Below are positions 25,755-38,230 of a DNA stretch of 64,000 bases, piece after piece. Both the position numbers and the translations under genes were made by a program. The DNA lies in the NCBI RefSeq assembly GCF_006345805.1, contig NC_042998.1, positions 60,822,001 through 60,886,000 on the forward strand, read 5' to 3'. The notes under the pieces are model-generated. The model made no database searches and was not told where the DNA came from. It was given only the letters and a program-made list of their open reading frames with translations. This DNA is from Octopus sinensis (Eukaryota). Position 1 is the first letter of the stretch. The number at the start of each line of letters is the position of its first letter.

Positions 25755-26744
25755 ATGCATGTATGTGTGGTTGGAGTATTCAGGATATGACAAAATTTTA
25801 TCTTTTTTCTTCCCATAAACCTTTATTGGGTTGCACTACTGAGATTTAACCAATCCTTCCTCTCCAGAACAGCTATCCTCTGGAATTCTCTTCATATATA
25901 TGTTTTTTCCCACAGATGTTCAAGCTGAAAATCAATTGCATCAATATGTCTGGTATTGGAAACGCAACAAAGTTGGTAAGGGCATTGAACTTCTCTTAAG
26001 TAACTTATTAAAGAAAGTATCCTACATATTCCAGCAAAAGAAATGTGATGTTACAATGAGAAGCAAATAAATTTTAAAGAATTTCAAAAGCACACAAAAT
26101 GTAAATATATCTTTCTGATGAAGGGATTAAGCAAATTTTACACAGAATTCTGAACCAATTACTGCCATTTGTCATGTACATTGTAATTCTTTCAGTCAGA
26201 GCCTCTGTCTTCTCACAAGTTTAAAAAATTTTTTTTGCCTAAATGAAATTATTTTGTGTTTATAACAAACGCAAACCTCCGCCAAGGTAACACCAACTTC
26301 CTCTCAACGATTAGCCGGAGATGATTTTTAAAGTGAGAATATCTGAAATAAAATCGACTGCTCTCACAAACGAGAATACTAAAAATGAACCCGACTGCTC
26401 TCAAACGGAAAATAATCCATATATATATATATATATATATATTGAGTGAGAGATAAAGGGAGAGGAGATGAAATACTAATACAGTGAAGGAGAAGTAGTG
26501 AGAGTAATAGCCATGTGTGAGAGAAAATAATGACGAAACGAAATGATGAAGAGCGTCATGAATGAAAAAGGAAGGGTGATAGATGAATAACGAAGGAAGG
26601 AGTGAAAAAGCTGATAAACGGCGTTTGAAGTGTGTGTAAAATAGAGGTATATTTGCGTGTGTGTGTGTACAATGGAAGTGGGATGGTAATGTTCAACGCT
26701 GAAAATGTGTGAGTATATGTGTGCATGTACAAGAAAACTATGTG

Positions 26745-26966
26745 AAGTAATCCTCCCCTAAAAAAAAAAACAGGAAAAATAATCCAGAATCCTTGTCCAG
26801 TATGGAATTGGTACAAAAATCATCTAATCAGTTGGTGCCAGTCACGAGGCCAATCATCGATGAATGTTTCATCTGAATCCATCCAGCGGTTCATATAGCT
26901 ATCTTGTCCACGGACAAACAAACACAACTGAAAACAATACCTCCGCCTTCCCTAAGGCAGAGGTAA
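26745..26966 (+). mobile_element. Non-autonomous Helitron/Helentron-like element end
   Basis: Terminal stem-loop acctccgcctt-ccct-aaggcagaggt (26939-26964), preceded by acggacaaacaaac. Confidence 0.45.
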
Positions 26967-28889
26967 TTAAGTGTAAATAAGTAGCTATAACAGATCAGGA
27001 TCTGTGGTACCCCACACTTTTGGAACCCCACCTTGATTAACAGGATTTTTTATGTATGCACCTGATCTGATTACTTCCTTACTTAGTAAGCTATATCTCT
27101 CACAGGCATAGAAATTAGTTTGGAACTTGACTCACTGGAGCATACAAGTAAGACACACACTAATGGTGTGACAGACAGGGTAGCATGTTTTCCTATATTT
27201 CTCAACTTCATTATTTACACACACACACACATGATGGCCTCTTCTTTGTTCTCGAGCATAATCTGATGATGCTTTGTAACGTAAGGAGAGGCCTTGCAGA
27301 CAACCAGTTCCACTCTCTGAACAATGATGACAGATATCCTAAAATGAACTAGTCAACATCATTGGCTGCATTCGAGTCACAGTTTTACATCAGAGTTTTC
27401 CTTCTAGAATGATGTCTTAACGAGGACCAGGGGGCACTCGCTCCTAATAATTTGGTACACCATGTCTACGTTCTCATTTTCCTGGTTCTCTGCCGACTAA
27501 ACTTGTGCCTTTTGAAAATGTCTCGATCCTCAGTACAGCCACTGTGCTTTCGGCACTAAAGTCACCAGTTTGTCGATAATTGTTGCAAGAACTACATTTG
27601 TCTATGAGAAATAGCAGGACCTAGCCTGTGTGCACAATAGTGGATGGCCCGTACGTATGTATGTACGTATGTATGTATGTATGTATGTATTTATGTATGT
27701 CATGTCATGTGCTTTTAACTCCTTGATGAAGTTCTTGGAGTGCCGTCATGACATACATCGTGTTTGGGGCATTTTTAGATTTTGTAGAGTTTATCCCTCC
27801 CCATGTCTGACCACAGTCGGTTTCTTCGAGAAGGCGAGAAACAGAAAAAAAAAAAGAAAGAGTTAGAGAACAATCGATCCTAAAACGATGAAAGGCAAAA
27901 GTGACCCCGACGTTGTTTTGAACCTGGCGCGGCTCTTATTAAATTTTTCACATGCAGTTCTGAAATAGTTCTGCATGTTGATGACGAAAATCGCAATTTT
28001 TTTCTTTTAGATTTTAATATATTAAAAAAAAAAAAGAAAATAATAATCTGGCGAAAATTTGAAAAACATAAAATGGTTGGATGAAATATGATAAGATCCC
28101 ACAGCGCACAGAGCCAAAATAATTACCACAGAGCAAGTCATTCAATACTCGAATGACCGCCTACATCGTTTAACTTCATACTGAATATTCTCTTTTTTGT
28201 GTGCTTTAGGCAAGCATACTTAATGTCTATATATGTGCGTATAATGTAACAGGTTGAGGGATTCAATGTAATTTATTGCGTAGTTTCTTGATGTGATCTA
28301 TCTGGAAGTAAAAACTACTGGAAATTAAAGGAATGACAACAGGGAGTTTTAGGCAATAAAGATATTATTATTAAAGTGGTTTTACCAAAGTTCTATTCCA
28401 GGCAAGGAATTCAGAATAATAATGTTTCAGTTCAAACATTAGTACATTAAGTATCAAGTTGATAGTTTGAATATTTTTACGGGATTATTTTTAATCAAGT
28501 TGCTCACATTCTCAGGTAGTAATATATGCCTAGAGTCCAAGGGAAGTAACTCTGCGTACAAGTCTATGCATTTTGGCGAAGCAATTTTAACATTTCCTTC
28601 TAGGCAGGATTTTTTTTTTCTTTTTATCACAGAAGAGATAAACTATAACATTACGTGACAACAACAACATCAATAACAACAAAACGTTGTGTTAGGGGAA
28701 AAAAACTCTGCATGAAATTCGGGCTAAGACTTTTTAAAAAATAAAATCAGTCCAGTGAAAGAATCAGTTCTAGTTTTGATGTCCCTTCGATCAATGGAAA
28801 TTAAAGGAAACAAAGCCTTTACATTCTGAGTTTAAAGTTGCCGAAATCAACTTTATTTCTCATAGTTTCGGTGTCAGTATAAGGAAGGT

Positions 28890-29104
28890 GGAAGGCAGTG
28901 AGCTGGCGGAATCGTTAGCACGCCGGACAAAAGGCTTAGCAGTATTTCGTCCGTTTTTACTTTCTGAGTTCAACAAATTCCGCCGCGGTCGACGTTGCCT
29001 TTCATCCTTTCGGTGTTAATAAAATAAATACCAGTGAAACACTGGGATCGATATAATCGATTTGCTTCCTCACCCGAAATTGCTGGACTTGTACCAAAAT
29101 TCGA
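28890..29104 (+). mobile_element. SINE family A
   Basis: ggcagtgagctggcggaatcgttagcacgccgg head and conserved core. Confidence 0.85.
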
Positions 29105-29122
29105 AATTAATATAAGGAAATT

Positions 29123-29519
29123 CTTTTCTACTCTAGGCACAAGGCCCGAAATTTTGGGGAGGGAGTCAGTCGATTACATCGACACCAGTACGCAACTGGT
29201 ACTTAATTTATCGACCCCGAAACGATGAAAGGCGGAGTCGACCTCGGCAGAATTTGAACTCAGAACGTAGCGGTAGACGAAATACCTATTTCTTTACTAC
29301 CCACAAGGGGGTAAACACAGAGAGGACAAACAAGGACAGACAAACGGATTAAGTCGATTATATCGATCCCAGTGCGTAACTGGTACTTCTTTAATCGACC
29401 CCGAAACGATGAAAGGCAAAGTCGACCTCGGCGTAATTTGAACTGAGAACGTAGCGGTAGACGAAATACCGCTAAGCATTTCGCCCGGCGTGCTAACGAT
29501 TCTGCCAGCTCGCCGCCTT
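29123..29519 (-). mobile_element. Dimeric SINE family A (full monomer plus 5'-truncated monomer) with 18-bp TSD
   Basis: aattaatataaggaaatt at 29105-29122 and 29520-29537 flanks the whole dimer. Confidence 0.9.
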
Positions 29520-30187
29520 AATTAATATAAGGAAATTGGATTAGCAGAATTGTTAAAGTGTCAAACGAAATACCTCGCCGATACTTTACTATTGGAATTC
29601 AAATCTTGCCATAATCGACTTTGCCATTCACCCCCACCCCTCACCCAGGGTTGATAAAATAAAATACCAATCAATTATTGGCATCGATAAAATCGATTAC
29701 TTCTCTTCCACAAATTTCAGGCCTCATTCCGACATTAGAAACAATTAACCCGAGTTGTCGCCCTTACTGTTGTTTGCTGTTGTTGAACAATGTTCAACAG
29801 ATGCGAATAAAGTTTTGATTAATAAAAATTATTGCATTCCCCACAGTAAAAAAAAAAAACAAAAAAAAACTCCATTGTCTTAGGGTTATCGTTTTCTTCC
29901 CATGCAAACAGAGCGCTCAGAGAGGAAATCATTATTAACAACTATATTATTGATTATCATTATTAATTAGTGGAAATCTTCAACCCCGTAAGAATGTTGT
30001 ATGTTGCAGAGAGATACCAACCAACTTTACAGCGAGGTAATCATCTTCATAGATGCGTCCTTGAATAGATTTATTAGGAATGAAATATGAACTCGGAAAA
30101 ATTGTGTGGAGAAGGGGATTGTAAATCATACAATTATATCTCACTGTTATAATGGTATATTTGAGATGAAATAAAAATTGACATTGC

Positions 30188-30630
30188 GCAGGCGTGGCTG
30201 CGTGGTAAGAAGCTTACTTTTCAACCACATGTTTCCGGGTTCAGTCCCACTGCGTGGCACATTGGGCTTGTATCTTTTACTATAACCTCAGGTCGACCAA
30301 AACTTTGTGATCGAATTTTAATAATGATAATAATAATAATAATGCACCATATGTGCACCACAACTTGTCAGAGAGTGCGTATAGAGTATATGCAGTAATG
30401 TACAAATGTCTGGAAAGCGAACAATGCATGAGTCAGATACATGCTTGTGTGTGAGTATGGAGGGGAGGAAATCAGGTGTAGTGTTGGCGAATCTCAGGAA
30501 GCATGGAAGTTTTGAAGGATGCAGTGCTCCGACACCTAACAACTGATGCCGGCAGTTTGTTCCACGCTTCAGCAACTCTCAGCGTGAAAAAATGTTTTTG
30601 TAGACGGAAACTGAAAGAAACCCGTCGTAT
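30188..30630 (+). mobile_element. SINE family B head interrupted by a CR1 3' fragment
   Basis: gcgcaggcgtggctgcgtggtaag head; the SINE resumes at gtagacggaaactgaaag after the LINE piece. Confidence 0.8.
30318..30598 (-). mobile_element. CR1-like LINE 3' end with (ATT)n tail
   Basis: HFFTLRVAEAWNKLPASVVRCRSTASFK is a typical CR1 ORF2 C-terminus. Confidence 0.8.
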
Positions 30631-30635
30631 ATATA

Positions 30636-31318
30636 TGTAACGGTTACTTAGATGGGAGTCTTTGGTCACCAATTGTAATGATGCCTGTTATGGTAGTTGT
30701 AACGATATGCAACGGCTCTTGTTGCCTCAGAAGGAAGTAGTACTTTCTAGTCAGGGTGGCTATATGCGGCGATAATGATATTCGTTGTTTGCCATTTGTA
30801 AGAGGAACGAAGAACAGTCGGGGTCACCAAATTGTAACAGTTAGTTCTTCGTTGTAGTCGAGAGTCACCAATTGTAACGGTTGTTGTTAAGACGGCGAGC
30901 TGGCAGAAACGTTAGTACGCCGGGCGAAATGCGTAGGTGTATTTCGTCTACCGCTACGTTCTGAGTTCAAATTCTGCCGAGGTCGACTTTGCCTTTTATC
31001 CTTTCGGGGTCGATTAAATAAGTACCAGTTACGCACTGTGGTCGATATAATCAACTTAATCCCTTTGTCTGTCCTTGTTTGTCCCCTCTGTGTTTAGCCC
31101 CTTGTGGGTAGTAAAAGAAATAGGTTGTTGTTAAGGTGTTGGTAGCCAGCGTAACGGTTTGCATTATGATATATGTTGGAGTCGGCAGTCAGCGAAGTGT
31201 TGCTGTTGTAGATGAGCAAGATGGAAGAAAAACAGTGATCGAAGTTGTAAAGAAATATTCATTATACTTTGTATAATGCCATGCCTCGACGGGCAGGTGT
31301 ATGTATCATATAAAAACA
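30636..31318. mobile_element. Possible solo LTR (TGT...ACA) carrying a SINE insertion
   Basis: Begins tgtaacgg and ends aaaaaca, with three internal gtcacca(a)attgtaa repeats. The TSD is not convincing. Confidence 0.3.
30892..31124 (+). mobile_element. SINE family A monomer with 13-bp TSD
   Basis: ggttgttgttaag occurs on both sides. Confidence 0.9.
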
Positions 31319-31401
31319 ATAGAGTTATCTTTTCTTGTATGTTGTTACTGCTTATGTTTGGTCAACTGCAAGCTGCCTATCTAGGAATCAGAGGAAGATA
31401 G

Positions 31402-31633
31402 ATGTTTCTTTATTACCCACAAGGGGTTAAACATAGAGGGGACAAACAAGAACAGACAAACGGATTAAGTCGATTACATCGACCCCAGTGCGTAACTGGT
31501 ACTTAATTTATCGACCCCCGAAAGGATGAAAGGCAAAGTCAACCTCGGCGGAATTTGAACTCAGAACGTAACGGCAGACGAAATACGGCTACGCATTTCG
31601 CCCGGCGTGCTAACGGTTCTGCCAGCTCGCCGC
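31402..31633 (-). mobile_element. SINE family A monomer with 9-bp TSD
   Basis: gaagataga occurs on both sides. Confidence 0.9.
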
Positions 31634-32124
31634 GAAGATAGAGTGAATGTGTAGGAAGTCGATAAAAATGATACCTTCATTGTGCCTGACATTTAAACAG
31701 CAGTGGTGTTGTGATAAGACAATGTATCATAGTTGACATTCTCCCTGTAAGCCTTCTCTCAGTTGAATTATCTCGCTAACTGGATTCCGCCTGTGGTCGC
31801 CTTTGCGTTATTTTCTTTTTGCCAACTAACTTTTTCCAACCAGTTAGAAGGAGAGACATATTGTTGAGAACAATGAATTTCGTTGGCGGTCTGTTATCTC
31901 TATTCTAGCTTTAGGTGGCCTAGAAGAGGTTAGAAGGGTCAAGTGGCAAAGACATTATTCTGCATAGCGAAGGCAACTGGCAAATGTAGCTGCTGTAATG
32001 TAACTGCTGTCACTCACAGATTAAAACTATTATTTTACCGTGAGAAAAGTGCTGCTGAACTGTTAAGTGAAATTTGGCTACCGAGGATCGAATCTACGCT
32101 CTGCCTGCATGAAACCGTTACACA

Positions 32125-32169
<45 letters not shown>

Positions 32170-32172
<3 letters not shown>

Positions 32173-32700
32173 TAGATCTGTGTGTGTGTTTGTGCCCCAC
32201 CACCGCTTGGCAACTGGTGTTTGTGTCTCCATAATCTAGCGTTTCCGCAAAAGATATCGATAGAATAATTATCATACTCTTTTACTCTCTTTTACTTGTT
32301 TCAGTCATTTGACTGCGGCCATGCTGGAGCACCGCCTTTAGTCGAGCAAATCGACCCCGGGACTTATTCTTTGTAAGCCCAGTACTTATTCTATCGGTCA
32401 CTTTTGCCGAACCGCTAAGTAACGGGGACATAAACACACCAGCATCGGTTGTCAAGCAATGCTAGGGGGACAAACACAGACACACAAACATATACACACA
32501 CACATATATATATACATATATACGACAGGCTTCTTTCAGTTTCCGTCTACCAAATCCACTCACAAGGCTTTGGTCGGCCCGGGGCTATAGCAGAAGACAC
32601 TTGCCCAAGATGCCACGCAGTGGGACTGAACCCAGAACCATGTGGTTGGTAAACAAGCTACTTACCACACAGCCACTCCTGCGCCTACAGCCACTCCTGC
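32170..32700 (-). mobile_element. SINE family B (full copy plus an adjacent fragment)
   Basis: Reverse complement of the ggcgcaggagtggctgtgtggtaag head and the ggcggtgctccagcatggccgcagtcaaatgactgaaacaag tail. Confidence 0.9.
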
Positions 32701-34109
32701 GGCCCTTTTTTTTTTTTTTTTAAAAGCGGTGGATCGATTCATTCGACTCAAAAATTCTTCAAGGCGGTGCCCCAGCATGGTTGCAGTCTAATAACTGAAA
32801 CAATTAAAAAAGTTTAAAAAAAACAACAATTATGTATGATACTGGATTGATAGGGTTATGGAGAATAAATACCAATTGTTAATTAATTTAACTTTCTTGG
32901 AGTGAAGTAATCTAAGACTACATAATTCAACTACCGATTCTTATTTAGGGGACTTGTTTCCTTGTCTTCTTGAAGACGCATTGGTCTAGGGGTTCGGGAT
33001 GCCGCTCTCTCGATAGCAAATCCAGCTGTCTTACGATAGCTAGATCGCGGTTTCGATAGTCGATTGTGTGTTGTGTTCTTGAGCAAAACACTTCATTTCA
33101 CTTAATTGAAAATAAGCAACCTCGCGAAGGACTGTCGTCCCGTACATTTTGATCTCGTCCCGTACATTTTACTTCTACATTTATGAGCACTGGGACTCGA
33201 AACAGTATTTTTCTTGTCCTCAACGACTGCATATCGATGAAGGGGACTGATTTCTTCAAATTGGCACAAAGGAGTCTATCATTTAAGGAAAATATAAATG
33301 TGGCCTGTGATGTTTCCGTTTTTCCCAAGAGAAATTACTGAGCAGATTCTTATTTAGGCGACTTACTTTCTTGTCCTTTTGAGGGCGCGTTGGCCCAGTG
33401 GTCAGGGTACAACAATCGATTGTCGATTGTGTGTTGTGTTCTTGGGCAAAACACTTCATTTCACCCAATTTTAAATAAAAAATAGAAGAAATGGAATAGG
33501 AATTGTTAGGAAGTGAACCAATGTCGCACAGTCTTAGTTTGCTAAGATATTTAGCTGCCTCTCAGCTCGAATCAAAGCATTCCAATAATGGCCGTCTCGT
33601 CTTTAATCAAGTATTATATTCTTCGGACTAAATTCATTGTCCCTTTTAAAAGTTTGTAACGTGTAATTTGAGGGAGATTTGTTGCAGGTCTTGCGACGTT
33701 GTAGATGCCTTGTCACTGGTTCGCGGAGGTCTGTTACGATGTGCAGCAGACTAAATTTATTTGAAAATGAAAAAAAGGAAAAGCTATATACATTTTGTCG
33801 GTGTACTGTAGAGTGAAGTCGGAAAAATACTTCTACACTGACTACATACTGATATGGTTCAAAGATAGTATACAAGGCTCTCACAAAATAGTAGCACAAT
33901 CCTTAGAACTCATTACTCTACAACTCTGTTGGTGATATGATTAGTTAACTTTACATTCTGAGTTCATGTTCCACCGAGTTCCACTTTGCCTTTCATTTCT
34001 TCGGGGTCAATTAAAAAAGTACCAGTTGGACACAGATTGATTTAATCGACTTATTCCTTTCCCTCAAAATTATTGACCTTGCGTCAAAATTTGAAACCAA
34101 TATAATTAT

Positions 34110-34460
34110 CTAAGTTGACTGTAGTACTCTAAATTTCTACTTGACGAACGTTGATACGGCAAGATCGTAGATAGATAAACCATTTCATCAATGCTTACTC
34201 AATATTTGTACATCTTAAAAGCTTTCTTGCATCAACAGACGATGATTTAAAATCTGTATCAATGTTACATTTCGAAGAAAATACAGTGTTCGTCCTTGGC
34301 TTTATGCACATCCGAAACCGTTTGCTTCACAAATTCTTAACGCCAGAACATCCGCCTCTAATTTCCTTATAAGTTCTAGTTTCTGGTCCACAAATATCCA
34401 CGGATACGAAAACATGCCTCAATCTTAAACTACTACTCCCTACTTGAAACCATAATTGTT
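34110..34460 (-). mobile_element. Degraded pogo/Tigger (CENP-B-type HTH) transposase N-terminus
   Basis: The minus strand gives QKLELIRKLEADV and, frameshifted, ALMKWFIYLRS; both resemble Tigger/Jerky HTH motifs. Confidence 0.55.
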
Positions 34461-34768
34461 AATAAACGCCTAGTTACTGAAATATTAATGAATATCGCAG
34501 AGCAACATGTTATATTGTTGCCACTGATTGATACTCTTACGGTGTGTATTATGTTACTACTGCCTTGAAGCTATTATTCTAGTATAAATGTTACTCATAA
34601 GTAGATATACAAACTTTAGGTTACTTCGACTTAATTTCATCTTTGTTTCTTAGTAACATATTTTCAGATTTAAAACAGAATTATATATGAATTTAACAAA
34701 TTGTATCACGATACTGTACGAGCAATAGTTATAAAGAAAATCAGTATAATTGGCTCAGCTAACAAATT

Positions 34769-34772
<4 letters not shown>

Positions 34773-34828
<56 letters not shown>

Positions 34829-35075
34829 TTATTGTATACAGTGCTCAGGCGCACCACAACTTGTCAAAAGTGCGTGTAAAGCATATGCAGTAATGTACAA
34901 ATGTCTGGAAAATGAACAGTGTATGAGTCAGATACATGCTTGCGTATGTATGGAGGGGAGAAAATCAGGTGTAGTGTTGGCGAATCTCAGGAAGCACAGA
35001 AGTTTTGAAGGATGCAGTGCTCCGACAATTAACAAACAACTTCTTATCACGAAAAATGTATTTTTGAGATGGAGG
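34773..35075 (-). mobile_element. CR1-like LINE 3' end with expanded (AAT)n tail
   Basis: Same family as 30318-30598; ~18 AAT units abut the 3' end. Confidence 0.8.
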
Positions 35076-35596
35076 TGTAAAAATGAATAAGAAAGAGTAA
35101 GATTTACATAAATAACAAGGTGACTACAGAAAGAAACCAACAGGGAGAGAGGTTATATGAATTTGAAAAGTAGGCAAATTAAGTGTCTTGCTAGAAGCAA
35201 ATTCACTGGTATTTTCTTAGAGAACGGGTATATTCTTAGAGAGGAATATAAAATCGAATTATAAACAAAATATGTACTGATGAAATGTGACTCGCATCAG
35301 CTTCTTATCTTTGTCATTTTCCACATTGTCCCACCAGCTACCAAGGCACATATCGTGATACAACTAGTTATGAGGTATGCAGTTTTATATCAGAATATCT
35401 GCCACAATATTTCTTAACAATGTCAGGAAAAATAATTTCCTTCTATGATCCACGGTATATCATTGAATTTACAAACCGTGGTAAATTTACCGTGCCTGAT
35501 GAGCGGGTATGCACCGCTCAAATAGCACTTCAAGATATACCAATCTATAACACATACTCAAATTTGACAGCGGAGGTTTTTATAACGGCAATAAAA

Positions 35597-35740
35597 GGCG
35601 GTGAGCTGGTAGAATCGTTAGCACGACGGGTAAAATGCTTAGTGGCATTTCGTCCGTCTTCATGTTCTGATTTCAAATTCCACCGAAGTCCACTTTGCCT
35701 TTCATTCTTTCGGGGTCGATAAAATAAGTACCAATAGAGC
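35597..35740 (+). mobile_element. SINE family A, 3'-truncated
   Basis: aaggcggtgagctggtagaatcgttagcac head. Confidence 0.8.
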
Positions 35741-36751
35741 ACTGGGAGTTCATTTTCGGTTTTAGACAACAGGATGGGGTGGCGAGGGGTGTATGGATCA
35801 ATTTTGGAGTTCTTCATAGAAAATTTGAAATTAAAAATTAATATTTCCATATTCTTAATCTCCGTATATTCCCATGTAGATTGAAAAAAAGAAATTGAAA
35901 AAAGTTTAAAATTTAAAATTTGTGGGGTGTGGGGAATTTAAAATTTTGAAAACATGGGTTTTGCATATTCGGAATCCCCGTCATCGAAAACATAGGAATC
36001 TGCTGAAAAAAAATCGGAAGGGTAGTAGGGGGCTACAGCCCCACATATGAGCAAGGGTCAAAATTTGAACCCCTAGAACCTTTCCCGAGTAATGATAAAT
36101 CTTCATGCCAAATTGGGTACAGATTGATCCAGCGGTTTGGCCGTGCATAGAGGACACACACACATATACACACACACACAAACAAACACACACACATATA
36201 TATATGCATACATACACACATATATATATATATGCATACATACATATATACATAAGTAAATATACATATATACTTATGTATGTGTGTGTGTGAGTGTGTT
36301 TGTGTGAGTGTGTGTGTATGTGTTTGTGTGTGTGTGCGCGTGCGTGTGCGCGTGCGGTCCTTGGCTACAGGAGACAGTTGTAGGATAATTGTCAGGCTGA
36401 TGACGCCGACTGAGGCAGAAACATGTGTCCACGACTAGAATTCTTGTTACTCCACTTCTCATATGGAGCTGATCTTAACTGTCACTTGATAATTGAGGTA
36501 CATGCTTTAGCGTCGGAGATTGTTTTAATGGCTCAAGAATTTATGTTGTATAGTATTTGATATACCTGTATTTAACTATGTTATTCAAATAGATGCTACT
36601 GGCTCTGCCGGGCCGTTTCTGTTAGCTCATTTTTGTTCATGTGTATTTGTTTGTGATGAGTGTGCGTGTGCGATTATATATTACATAATATATTGTAAAC
36701 GAGAAAATTAATATTAACATTCGAATATTGTTCTCCATTTTTTTAACGATA

Positions 36752-37248
36752 CAGTATTATCTCACTTTACGAGGACTCGCTTTACGAGAGCCGGGCTTAC
36801 GAGTTTTATTTTTCAAGCACAAGATCCAAATTGTGAATGAAGAGCAAAATTTTCTACTTCCATAACAAATGCTTTTACGTGTTACTGAGAAATTTATAGA
36901 AAGTGAATGCTCCTAAGCAAAATCTGTCGACGAGAGCTTGTGATCGGCGATCGATTCTACAAGTGATGGTGTGCGCGAGACTAGTGCGAGACAAAATGAT
37001 TCAGAAAACGATTATAATAATATTTTTTAAAATTATAAATGATCTTGATATTCTTTTTACTTCACATAAAATATTCTTAACGCTCTACTGTTGTTTTATT
37101 ATTTATTTACGTGTTTTATAAATTTTATTGGCGAAATATTTTTCTGGGAACGAATTACGATTTATAACATTGCTACTATGGGAAAGTATTGCTCTGTTTT
37201 ACGAGCGAACTCCCGGAACAAATTAACTCGTATATCGAGGCATTACTG
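36752..37248. mobile_element. pogo/Tigger-type MITE
   Basis: Imperfect 22-bp TIRs cagtattatctcactttacgag / ctcgtatatcgaggcattactg, flanked by TA on both sides. Confidence 0.75.
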
Positions 37249-37258
37249 TATAAGGTTT

Positions 37259-37320
<62 letters not shown>

Positions 37321-37342
37321 AAGAAGAAGAAAAAGTAGAAAA

Positions 37343-37386
<44 letters not shown>

Positions 37387-37438
37387 AAGAAAAAGAAGAA
37401 GAAGAAGAAGAAGAAGAAGAAGAAGAAGAAGAAGAAGA
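37259..37438. repeat. Compound trinucleotide microsatellite (AAT)n(AAG)n(AGT)n(AAG)n
   Basis: Direct inspection. Confidence 0.95.
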
Positions 37439-37889
37439 GTGGTTATTGATTTAGTACAAAGCCAGCAAATTTGAGGAAAAGGGATTAGTCGACACTATCG
37501 CCCCCAGTACTAACTAGCCTAATATTCTATTTTTTACTGGCTCTGGAAGATGTGTATGTGTGTGAGTGATGGTATGGGGTACATGTGGTTTGTTAGGTGT
37601 GTGTAGGTGAGCAATTATGGGAGTGTAATGTCGTGGGTCAGTGGGAGTGGGGCAAGATGGTATATATACGTGAGCGTGTGTGTGTGTGTGCAGTCGATCT
37701 TTTTGCACTGCTGATAAATTTGGAGCGCAATCCCCTAATGTAGCAACCATCTCAGTATGAATGTCGTCGGATTATACATAGATTGATATAGATAGATAGA
37801 TTGATAGAAAGATAGACAGATATGAGCTACATACCATTTTACCACATCTTTTTTTCCATACCAGTATGCTGTATTTGCGTGCGCATGTG

Positions 37890-38230
37890 TACTCTTTTAC
37901 TTGTTTCAGTCATTTGACTGCGGCCATGCTGGAGCACCGTCTTTATAGTCGAGCATATCGACCCCAGAGCTTATTCTTTGTAAGCCTAGTACTTATTCTA
38001 TCGGTCTCTTTTGCTGAACCGTTAAGTTACTGAGACGTAAACACACCAGCAATATATATATACATATACGACGGGTTTCTTCCAGTTTCAGTCTACCAAA
38101 TCCACTCACAAGACTTTGGTCCGCCCGAGGCTATAGTAGAAGACACTTGCCCAAGGTGCCACGCAGTGGGACTGAACCCGGAACCATGTGGTTGGTAAGC
38201 AAGCTACATGCCACACAGCCACTCTTCCAC
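37890..38230 (-). mobile_element. SINE family B with internal deletion
   Basis: Same head and tail as the 32280-32690 copy. Confidence 0.85.

Noticed and set aside
27315-27380. atgatga motif suggesting a C/D box snoRNA
   Set aside because: No properly placed D box or terminal stem; it lies in what appears to be an interspersed repeat fragment.
30660-30880. Three spaced gtcaccaattgtaa repeats, superficially CRISPR-like
   Set aside because: Eukaryotic context, irregular spacing, short degenerate repeats and no cas genes; they are more likely LTR-internal repeats.
32935-33470. Two related SINE-head fragments with similar upstream flanks
   Set aside because: It looks like an old, small, diverged local duplication of repeat sequence with no sign of function.
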